A DNA stretch of 56,090 nucleotides from Candidatus Brockarchaeota archaeon (GTDB lineage Archaea; Thermoproteota; EX4484-205; JAAOZP01): assembly GCA_017601395.1 (NCBI GenBank), contig JAFNIQ010000005.1, forward strand, positions 1 through 56,090. The letters run 5' to 3'. Within the stretch, counting starts at the first letter, position 1. Every line of letters starts with the position of its first letter. The translations under genes were made by a program, and so were the position numbers. The notes under the pieces are model-generated. The model had not been told where the DNA came from. It worked only from the letters and a program-made list of their open reading frames with translations, and made no database searches. This document shows positions 28,852-37,300 of the stretch, in pieces.

Positions 28852-29589
28852 ATGAGCGATGAACTTGTTCCCTACCTCAGCGAACTGCTTACAGTAGCCA
28901 AGCAAGTGTCTATGAAGAAGATTATCAGCGACGTTGTCCTGGCCGAGCAACCCTTCATGGTCCTGAGGAACTGGCGTGAGAAGTTCGGGGTGTCTCAGAA
29001 AACCCTAGCCAGCAGAATGGGTATTTCAGCCTCAGTGATAAGCGACTATGAGACAGGCAGGAGGAGAAACCCTGGAATAGGCTTTCTCAGACACTATGTT
29101 CAGAACCTTGTTGAAAGCGATGCTGAAAGAGGAGGGGCACATCTGATAGACCTGTTGAAGACAGAGCCCATTCTCAAAGGGATAATTCTAGACATGAAAG
29201 AGTATTCCAAGCCTGTTTCAATGCGTAAGGTTGTTGAGGCTGTTGCGGGCAAGGTGGAAACATTTCCAGACATGCTTGACGACTTTGTTTTCGGCCACAC
29301 GGTGCTCGACAGCGTTAAAGCAATACTTTACTTCAAATGGTACGACTTGGTTAATGTTTTCGGATACACGAACATAAGGACGCTTGTCTTCACGAATGTT
29401 CAACACGGTAGAAGCCCCTTGGTCGGGATACACCTCTACCCGTTTAAGCCTAAGATGATCGTTCTCCACGGCCCCAAGGAGCTTGACCCGGTTGCTATGG
29501 AGATAGCTAAGGTTGACGGGATAGTTGTAGCACTGTCAAACCTCGGCTCAACGAGAGAGCTTATAGAAAGGCTTACTTCACTAGGCTAA
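28852..29589 (+). CDS. Archaeal XRE-family HTH transcriptional regulator (COG1709-like)
   Basis: WREKFGVSQKTLA..SVISDYETGRRRNPG; C-terminal FTNVQHGRSPLV. Confidence 0.85.
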   Translation: MSDELVPYLSELLTVAKQVSMKKIISDVVLAEQPFMVLRNWREKFGVSQKTLASRMGISASVISDYETGRRRNPGIGFLRHYVQNLVESDAERGGAHLIDLLKTEPILKGIILDMKEYSKPVSMRKVVEAVAGKVETFPDMLDDFVFGHTVLDSVKAILYFKWYDLVNVFGYTNIRTLVFTNVQHGRSPLVGIHLYPFKPKMIVLHGPKELDPVAMEIAKVDGIVVALSNLGSTRELIERLTSLG

Positions 29590-29627
29590 GCTTAAATAGC
29601 CCTTTAAGAAGAATCATCCAGCTTTTG

Positions 29628-30458
29628 ATGATTGCCGAAACCCTGGTTAAAACGCTCGCGATAGTCATGCTGGCGGTAGCAACATATGTCTCGCGCTCCC
29701 TAAGCTTTTCCGGGGTCCTAGCCTCTATTTTCCTAGGAGTAATAGTGCTCTTCCTAGGAGGCTGGGATTGCTTCATAATAATGCTGGCGTTCCTAGTCTT
29801 GGGGGTCGCCTCCACGAAGTATAGGCGTAAAGACAAGGAGCTGGATGCTTTGGCCCAGGAGAAGAGTGGGGTTAGAAGCTGGGTTAACGTTCTCGCAAAC
29901 GGTGGGCCCGCGGCAATGTCAATCATGCTTGAGCATTTTTTCAGGATGGAAATATTTCTCGTCTTCTTCACCACCACAGTTTGCTCAGCTGCGGCAGACA
30001 CGCTGGCCACTGAACTAGGACTGTTAAGCAGCTCTAAGCCTAGGCTTATAACAAACATTAGGAGGAGTGTTGAGAAAGGGGTTTCGGGAGGAGTCACCCT
30101 GCTGGGCACTTTCGCAGGGCTTTCAGGAGCAATAGCGATAGCGCTGGTCTCAGTGGCACTCCGGCAGGCTAATGCTCCAGGCATCATTTCCGGGGTCGGT
30201 GATGCTCAAAGCCTATTTGTAGCGTGCTCAACCGGCGGTTTCCTAGGGATGGTTGTAGACAGCCTGCTTGGAGCAACCGTTCAGGAGGCATACGTGTCTA
30301 AGACTGACGGCAGGCTTTGTGAAAAGCCCGGGAAGCAGGGGGAATACGTTTTAGTGAAAGGGTTTAAGGGCTTTGACAACCATGTTGTAAACCTTGTCTC
30401 AAACCTTATAGCGGGCATTCTGGGCATCATGATATATGTTTTCACCGCAGCATTATAA
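29628..30458 (+). CDS. DUF92 family membrane protein
   Basis: NVLANG, AADTLATELG, SGGVTLLG, DSLLGATVQ, DNHVVN. Confidence 0.9.
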   Translation: MIAETLVKTLAIVMLAVATYVSRSLSFSGVLASIFLGVIVLFLGGWDCFIIMLAFLVLGVASTKYRRKDKELDALAQEKSGVRSWVNVLANGGPAAMSIMLEHFFRMEIFLVFFTTTVCSAAADTLATELGLLSSSKPRLITNIRRSVEKGVSGGVTLLGTFAGLSGAIAIALVSVALRQANAPGIISGVGDAQSLFVACSTGGFLGMVVDSLLGATVQEAYVSKTDGRLCEKPGKQGEYVLVKGFKGFDNHVVNLVSNLIAGILGIMIYVFTAAL

Positions 30459-30494
30459 ACAGGCTAATATTTATCTACTCATCCGGCTGCACGA

Positions 30495-31661
30495 ATGAAG
30501 ATGATCACTCTCCTATACTTGACGCGCTACGCGCTCAGGGATATCGCGAGTAAAAAGCTTAGAGCAGGCCTTACTGTACTAGGTATTTCGATAGGCATAG
30601 CCTCGCTCGTCTCGCTCTTCATAGTTTCACTCGGTATGCGTGCAAGGGTTGAGAGCGAGATAAACACTTTACTAGGGTCGTCGATAATAGTGAGAACAAG
30701 GAACAGCGAGCCCATGTCGATCTACGTTGTCCACCTGATAAGCAATATCACCGGCGTTGAAAGGGCTGTTCCAGTCATAATCGGCTCAGGCCTAGTGGAG
30801 TCGAGCAACGCGTTCATACTAGCTGTGCCGGTGGAGGAGATAAAAGCATTCCAGACGATCGTAAGCGGCTCAGGAGTTTCCTCTCCAAAAGCTAGAGAAT
30901 GCTTAATGCCCGAGGAGTCGGCTAAGAAACTAGGCGTTTCGGTCAACTCGACTGTGAGGATCGTGACTTCATACGTGCAGGAAGGAGTGTCCTTCAAGGT
31001 TACGGGGCTTTCGGAGATTGGTGGGCTCTTCCAGGCTGCGCTGGCGGGTCCAGCCTCGGTTGTAGTAATGAGCCTTGAGCAGGGGGAGAGGATTCTGAAC
31101 AAGAGGGGGCTTGCAGACATGATCCTCGTTAGAGTTTATAATTCAAGCGTCATGAGCAGCGTTGTCAACGCTATAAGGTCTACTTACCCTAGCCTCTCAG
31201 TCTCAACCGAGGAGGATGTTCTGAAGCAGAGCCAGGCTATTCTGGACACGATAGACGCAGTAATATTCACTATAAGCGCCATAAGCATAATCGTGGCAGG
31301 CGTTGGAACCATGAACACCATCACGATGAGCATAAGGGAGAAGATAAGGGAGATAGGGGTTTTGAAGTCTATAGGCGCGTCACCCCTGCAGGTTCTCTAT
31401 ATTTTTCTGGTCGAGGGGATACTGCTCGGCATTTCAGGAGGATTATTCGGGTCAGCCCTCGGCATGGGCTTGGGCTACGTTATTGTTACTTACCTGCTCC
31501 CCAGGGTCTTCAGGTTCCAGATAAGCCTGCCTTTCATAATCAGCTACGAGCCTGTTTTAAACGGTCTTGTGATCGCGGTTGCGGCGAGCTTCCTGAGCAG
31601 CCTGCTCCCTTCTTGGAATGCTTCCAGGATAAGGCCCGTGGAGGCTTTAAGATATGAGTAG
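30495..31661 (+). CDS. MacB/FtsX-like ABC transporter permease
   Basis: LRAGLTVLGISIGIA, REKIREIGVLKSIGA, PSWNASRIRPVEALRYE. Confidence 0.9.
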   Translation: MKMITLLYLTRYALRDIASKKLRAGLTVLGISIGIASLVSLFIVSLGMRARVESEINTLLGSSIIVRTRNSEPMSIYVVHLISNITGVERAVPVIIGSGLVESSNAFILAVPVEEIKAFQTIVSGSGVSSPKARECLMPEESAKKLGVSVNSTVRIVTSYVQEGVSFKVTGLSEIGGLFQAALAGPASVVVMSLEQGERILNKRGLADMILVRVYNSSVMSSVVNAIRSTYPSLSVSTEEDVLKQSQAILDTIDAVIFTISAISIIVAGVGTMNTITMSIREKIREIGVLKSIGASPLQVLYIFLVEGILLGISGGLFGSALGMGLGYVIVTYLLPRVFRFQISLPFIISYEPVLNGLVIAVAASFLSSLLPSWNASRIRPVEALRYE

Positions 31662-32532
31662 CCCCGCCTTAGAATGCATAGATGTTTCTAAAATCTACGT
31701 TATGGGTAGAGACATAGAGGTGAAGGCTTTGAAGAACGTTTCGCTCACAATCCGGAGGGGGGATTTCGTGTCTATCGTCGGGCCCTCTGGCTCAGGAAAG
31801 TCAACACTGCTCCACATAGCCGGAACCCTGGATAGGCCCACCTCGGGAAGGGTTCTGGTTGACGGTGTCGATGTGACTAAGCTCAGCGAGAGCCAGCTAT
31901 CCGTTTTCAGGAAGAACAAGATAGGCTTCGTCTTCCAGTTCTTCAACCTTCTCAGAAACCTTTCAGCCGTGGAGAACGTAATGCTCCCGATGCTCCTTTC
32001 TAAAAGATACTCTTTCAAGGAGGCTAGGCTTAAGGCTCTCTACTTGCTGAAGCTTGTCGGCTTCCCTGAAGACAGGTTGAGAAACCCTCCTAGCAGGCTT
32101 AGCGGAGGCCAGCAGCAGAAAGTGGCTATTGCGAGAGCCCTCGCTAATAATCCTGCCTACATTCTTGCGGACGAGCCCACTGGCAACCTGGACGTCGCTT
32201 CATCAACAGAAATAATAGCAACCTTCAGGCTCCTGAACAGTTTTGGAAACACGATTATCATTGTGACCCATAACGTGGAGCTGGCCCGGGTTACTAACAG
32301 GATCCTGTTTATGAAGGATGGCCAAGTATTCGAGGAAGCCCCCAGAAGCTTCCTGGAAGGCATTCCCATGGACGAGGAGTCGACAAGGCTTAAGAAGCGG
32401 GTTCAACTAGACCTTTTAAAACTGGAGAGGGAGAACGTTGAAAGGCTTTTCAAAAACAAGGTTATATCCGGGGAAACCTATGAAAGAGCTTTAAAATCCA
32501 TAGAGGAGAAGGAGTTTATGGTGAAACAATGA
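31654..32532 (+). CDS. ABC transporter ATP-binding protein (LolD/MacB-like) with C-terminal extension
   Basis: GPSGSGKS, LSGGQQQ, ILADEPTGNLD, VTH. Confidence 0.95.
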   Translation: MSSPALECIDVSKIYVMGRDIEVKALKNVSLTIRRGDFVSIVGPSGSGKSTLLHIAGTLDRPTSGRVLVDGVDVTKLSESQLSVFRKNKIGFVFQFFNLLRNLSAVENVMLPMLLSKRYSFKEARLKALYLLKLVGFPEDRLRNPPSRLSGGQQQKVAIARALANNPAYILADEPTGNLDVASSTEIIATFRLLNSFGNTIIIVTHNVELARVTNRILFMKDGQVFEEAPRSFLEGIPMDEESTRLKKRVQLDLLKLERENVERLFKNKVISGETYERALKSIEEKEFMVKQ

Positions 32533-34733
32533 GACTCGTCCAAGCCTTTCTCCTAATAATGATGCTGATGCTGCCCTTGGTGACCCAAGCCTCCCCGGAG
32601 GAAACCCGGGTCACTGTAAGCGAAAACATCACCTATTTCCTAGATCTAAACCCGTTGAACGGGAACTCGACGACAGAATTCAAATCAACAGTGACGGTTA
32701 AAAACACAGGCCAGTCAACCATCCAGTACCGTTTCACTCAAAGGCTATCCGGAGTTGATTCTTCAAGCCTAGTATTGCCCCAGGAGGCACGTCTCCTAAG
32801 TTATTCAGGAGACTCCTGCGTTATTGAATGGAATGTTCAGGCTAAGCCGGGTACAATAATCTTCGAGCTTAGCGGCAAGCCTCTTTGGCTTCCACTCACT
32901 GTTGAAGCAAGCCTAAGGGTAAACGGAGCGGTGCCAAACTATAGTTCAGCATACGGAGTGTTCTTCGTAAAATGCAAGGAGGGCGATTCTGCAGAATGGG
33001 TGGTAAGGCTCAAGAATAATAATCCGGTTCTCCTAGACCCGTTGACGAACGCTTCTTCAAAACCCCCGGTATTCATCTCCATAACGATGAATATTCCTCA
33101 AAAATATTTTAGAAATATTGTTTTCAACCCTCCTGCAAACATGACTAGCCCCTTTGAAAAGGATTCGGTTTCATGGATGCTCATACTGAGGGGGGAGGCG
33201 GAGATCAGAGTAGAAGCAGTTGTAGACGGGTTTGACGACTGGGGCACCATCCCGTTGACCACGATATCGATCTCCTCCTCCCCGATTGGAGAATCTGTTA
33301 GAGAGTCTATACGTTCACAGTTAAACGGGTTGAACATGTCGATCAGTATGATGAATATGATTCTGACACCCATCGGCAACCTTACTGGTTTCATTAACCT
33401 GATGAAGAAAATGCTTGGAAACCTGAGCTACGGCTTGGAGACAACTGGTAATCAAACCATTATGATCGGCGAAGCATTGAAAGCAATAGGCTTCGGACTC
33501 GGCTCGGCAGCATCCCAGCTTTCCCAGGCGGCTTCACTATTCTCCGCGATCGCTGAAAACGTTTCCAAAGTGGATTTCAACATGCTTAGGAAAGGGTTGA
33601 ACTCCTCTCGACAGGCAGCCGGCCTAATCCTAAACGAAACCTATAGGATGATTGTAGACGCGAAACAGGGCCTCTTGGAGATTAACAATACTTTAACGAC
33701 GGTCAGAAACAATTTGACTAACCCTGACCAGATAAGCCTCTTGGAAAACGCCACACGGAGGATAAACAATCTGTACAGCCGCTTAAGCCTTGCTGAAAGC
33801 TATTTCGAATCAGCCGGGCTTCAACTGGACTACCTGTTCGAAAGCCTAGAATCCTTCATAAACACGCTGGAGGAATATGGCTCCAGAATTGTGGAGATGA
33901 GTTCAGGCCTAGGCTCAGCCGTCTCAGCATTGTCACAAACATCGTCAGCGCTAGCCGAGATTGGCTCAGCTTTGAAGCTTATCGGCGAGGCAAACATGAT
34001 GATGGGGAGCAACCTGACCAGTGTCACCCCGATGCTTGAAAACGTCTCCTCAGGTTTAGATAGTGTTCAAAAAAGCCTAAGCGAGAACATGACGTCCCTT
34101 ATGAACGTTTACGATGAGCTGACCCTGATCCTCCGGCTTATAGATTATAGCGAGGCCAGAAATAGCCTTCTTGCTCCAGAGGCTTTAAACGGGGAGAGTA
34201 TTATTTTCAAACCCGAGTCGGTTGAAGACGGTTTTCTAGAGTTAAACAGGGTGGTTTTAGTGAACGAAACCAGAATTGGGGTTAGACGCGTAAAGGTCAG
34301 TTACAACGGCAGTTTCGAGGGAGCCGTTTTAAACGGCTCCAGATACTCTGCAAACCTTAGCCCGATGGGGATACTGGTTTCAGGAAACAGCGTAGTCATA
34401 GAGCAGTTCAGGTTTTACGACGATGGCAATATTCTAACCCTCTGGAACGGGCAGGAAGTTAGCTTACTCTTCTCTAAAGGCTCCCAGATAAGGGTTGAAG
34501 TAGACTATTCTATAGCCAGCAGCCTTGGCGAGAGGAGCGAAGCTTTAAGCTACTCCATAGTCCAGCCGACCTTCGGAAAAGGCATTACAATCACGGTGAA
34601 ACCCGGCGGGACAACAACTCCTCTTAAAACAGGTTTGAACATGGTTGCGGTAGCACTATCCGTTGGAAGCATAGTGATTGTAGCACTGCTCTTATACAAG
34701 CTTCGTGGAAAGAAGGAAGTAATAGTAACCTGA
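32529..34733 (+). CDS. Secreted, C-terminally anchored protein with a long amphipathic helical stalk
   Basis: Signal peptide, beta-rich N-domain, ~280-aa S/G/A/L/N-rich heptad region, C-terminal TM followed by KLRGKK; overlaps the ATPase stop. Confidence 0.75.
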   Translation: MRLVQAFLLIMMLMLPLVTQASPEETRVTVSENITYFLDLNPLNGNSTTEFKSTVTVKNTGQSTIQYRFTQRLSGVDSSSLVLPQEARLLSYSGDSCVIEWNVQAKPGTIIFELSGKPLWLPLTVEASLRVNGAVPNYSSAYGVFFVKCKEGDSAEWVVRLKNNNPVLLDPLTNASSKPPVFISITMNIPQKYFRNIVFNPPANMTSPFEKDSVSWMLILRGEAEIRVEAVVDGFDDWGTIPLTTISISSSPIGESVRESIRSQLNGLNMSISMMNMILTPIGNLTGFINLMKKMLGNLSYGLETTGNQTIMIGEALKAIGFGLGSAASQLSQAASLFSAIAENVSKVDFNMLRKGLNSSRQAAGLILNETYRMIVDAKQGLLEINNTLTTVRNNLTNPDQISLLENATRRINNLYSRLSLAESYFESAGLQLDYLFESLESFINTLEEYGSRIVEMSSGLGSAVSALSQTSSALAEIGSALKLIGEANMMMGSNLTSVTPMLENVSSGLDSVQKSLSENMTSLMNVYDELTLILRLIDYSEARNSLLAPEALNGESIIFKPESVEDGFLELNRVVLVNETRIGVRRVKVSYNGSFEGAVLNGSRYSANLSPMGILVSGNSVVIEQFRFYDDGNILTLWNGQEVSLLFSKGSQIRVEVDYSIASSLGERSEALSYSIVQPTFGKGITITVKPGGTTTPLKTGLNMVAVALSVGSIVIVALLLYKLRGKKEVIVT

Positions 34734-34779
34734 ATATTTTCCGCGCGCATGCCTATCAGAGATTGAAATCTGGTTAAGA

Positions 34780-35616
34780 CCATAGAGAATCCTAAGCATA
34801 CTTGGCGGGATCGGCGAGGAATACATTGAGCAGAGGATTATGCTTGAGAAAGCGTTGGTCAAGTCAAGGTTGATCCAGACTGGGATCTACCCAATCCTGA
34901 CAAGGAGCAGGTAATTTAAAACTAACCTTGGAGTCTGAATTATCTCGAACAATCCTTTAAGACTTTCAAGATAACCACTTAACACTTTTAAAATAGAGGA
35001 TAAGGTTGGGGATGGCCATGGACAAGTCTCCCCGGGCCATTATTGGGTTCAGGTGATTAGCGAGGCCTTGGGAGAGAAGGTAGATGAGGGCCTTAGGATT
35101 TTGAAGCCTGAGGAAAGGCCTCTCACCTTCGAGAATGTGGAGGCGGGGAAAACTACATTCTGATTCTGAGAGACGTTAACGTGGAGAACTTCTTTGAGCG
35201 CGTTAAGATCAGGGATGCATCAGGCGAATACGAGAAGACAATTAGCGAGTGGCTTTCGGAGAAGTACGGACTTTCGGAATTCTCGTTCACGAAAGAAATT
35301 GGTGACACTTACTTAGTTATGGGCGATGAGAAAGTCGCTAAAGTGGAGGCGGGCCTTAAGGGAGGGCCCGGCTACTCTTACCTTGAATTTAAGATCGTTG
35401 ATCTTAATGGGGAGGCGCACATTTTCCATATCGGATGGAAAAATGGTGAGCCGAGTTTGCGAAACTGCGAAACTGCCATTCGAAGAAAGGATAAGAAAAC
35501 ACATGGAGCTAGAAAACAAGTATCTTAGAGCATGGGGAAACTTCCTCCTAAAAGCACTGGAGCTTCGCAGGAAATACTCAAACGTAAAATTTTGGTTTAC
35601 AATCGAAATGATTTAA
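34780..35616 (+). pseudogene. Fragmented remnants resembling polymorphic-toxin C-terminal regions, plus a possible immunity-gene tail
   Basis: ILGGIGEEYI resembles ALGSFGEEIF of the intact large protein. The frameshifted VSPGHYWVQV...GENYILILRDVNVENFF...FSFTKE resembles LEPGIYLIRV...GEDVEVTILQYNYVLNF...FSFSEG. Confidence 0.45.
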
Positions 35617-35884
35617 CTAAGCATTAAGATACTCCTAGCCTACCCTAGGTTAAGGCCTTGATTCACCGGTCTTTACACCGACCTACCTTTAGCGATCCTT
35701 GCATATCCTTCCTTATTAGAAGGACATCTGGTTTGGGGGGGAGACGATTATGAAGACGCGTTTTAGAGCTAAAATGCTGATTATCTGTGTTTGCTCTCTT
35801 TAACGTATCACATTATAAAAAATTAGTGCGTTAAGATAGAGTTGGAAAACGGTTAAAAACAGATGTTTAGCTTTATGGAGGAGT

Positions 35885-36583
35885 ATGGTTACTGCGGGAA
35901 AGATATTCAGGCTGGACGAATACTTGCCTCAGAGCGATATTGCTCAGAGGCTTAAGGGCTACAGGGTTGAAACCCCGCTTGAAGGGGTTGACCTGAGCCT
36001 GGTGACTGAGATAGCTGAGTTGAGGGCTTCTCAAAACATGCTGGAGGGGGTTATTAGCAGGGACGTGCCCTTGACGATCAGGAGGAGGGATAGGACGGAG
36101 ATAGTTGCTAAAACGGTCGACTCGGTTTTCAGCTTCGTCTTCAGGAGGAGGAGAGTCTTTCTCATAGTTTTGGAGAAGAAGCCGGTTGCAAACATGGTTG
36201 CCAACATGTTCAGCCAAGTGATCTTTCTTAAAAGCGGCAGGATTGTCGAGGCGAGGATTTCTCCCGAGGTGATGCTGAACTATCATAATGCGAACAGCGA
36301 TGCTGCTAAAGTGGTTTTCTTCGACGATGTCGACATCCCCAATGTTAAGAAGCTCTCCCTATATGGTCCCTCGCTCGCGAACACTAGCCTGTTTACAGAA
36401 TATCTTAAACATGGGAACATATGGTACATCGTAATCGCGCATAGAAAAACTGGCTTGGTGGCTGGAATAACTAGGGATGCCGTCGTAACGATCTTCAGCA
36501 GGATAGACCCCGCTTCATTCATAAGGTTCTCCGTCGAGGAGATCATTCCCCTGATTGAAGAATCCGAGACCCCTAAGTCGTAG
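35885..36583 (+). CDS. Conserved-looking archaeal hypothetical protein; target of the 3'-end duplication
   Basis: GGAGGAG SD before the ATG; 232-aa intact ORF; its 3' ~235 bp recurs at 43872-44119. Confidence 0.8.
   Translation: MVTAGKIFRLDEYLPQSDIAQRLKGYRVETPLEGVDLSLVTEIAELRASQNMLEGVISRDVPLTIRRRDRTEIVAKTVDSVFSFVFRRRRVFLIVLEKKPVANMVANMFSQVIFLKSGRIVEARISPEVMLNYHNANSDAAKVVFFDDVDIPNVKKLSLYGPSLANTSLFTEYLKHGNIWYIVIAHRKTGLVAGITRDAVVTIFSRIDPASFIRFSVEEIIPLIEESETPKS
36348..36570 (+). repeat. Copy 1 of the duplicated gene 3' end
   Basis: Aligns to 43872-44094 at a constant offset of 7524 bp. Confidence 0.95.
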
Positions 36584-36637
36584 AGAGCTTATTTACGGTT
36601 ATGCTTAAATATCTTTTACTGAATAGATGAAGCGGAA

Positions 36638-37300
36638 ATGATACAGGAGTTAAGAAAAAAGTTCACGGATTCGATAGAATATCTTCGCAAGATGAGTTTC
36701 TTTCAAGATTACTCTGAATTATCCTCGGAGGAAATCTTCAACGAGATACTTAAGGGTGAAATTACATACGCATATTGGTGGGAAGAGTGGGAGCGGAGGA
36801 AACCTCGTCTCCGAGGACCTCTCCATCACATCATGGAAGGATATGAGGAGGAATTGATGAAGGCCAGCGATGCCTCCATAGACTATATCATAATTCCATT
36901 CGATACTAAGAGAACGGTGACGGAGGACTATGAGACATGGTTGGGTAAGGGGTTAGGCATAACTATGTTGAAAAGGTATGCCAAGATATCTCGAGGGGTC
37001 TTCCAGCCTAAGGACATAGAGGAGGAGTGTAGCTTTCCCAATTTCGATCCCGAGTTGGGAAAGGAATGGTTCTCCTACAAAGTTTACTTTATCTTCATGA
37101 ACGAGAGACATTACACAAAAATCATCCTATGGCACGATTTCTTCGAGGATCTCGGTCTGAAAAAGATAAATGAGTTGATAAAGGATACAGGATATCAATA
37201 TTATCGCATTGATCATGAACTAGTCATGGTTGTAGTGCTGACTGAGGAGGAGGCAAAAAAACTAATGAAGGAGAGGAACTGGAGGTTCCGCCCGGTCTAG
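36638..37300 (+). CDS. Hypothetical cytoplasmic protein, candidate immunity protein
   Basis: 220 aa, acidic and aromatic-rich, no signal or TM segment. Its TAG abuts the stop of the toxin-like gene; own TATA-like TTAAATA upstream. Confidence 0.6.
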   Translation: MIQELRKKFTDSIEYLRKMSFFQDYSELSSEEIFNEILKGEITYAYWWEEWERRKPRLRGPLHHIMEGYEEELMKASDASIDYIIIPFDTKRTVTEDYETWLGKGLGITMLKRYAKISRGVFQPKDIEEECSFPNFDPELGKEWFSYKVYFIFMNERHYTKIILWHDFFEDLGLKKINELIKDTGYQYYRIDHELVMVVVLTEEEAKKLMKERNWRFRPV

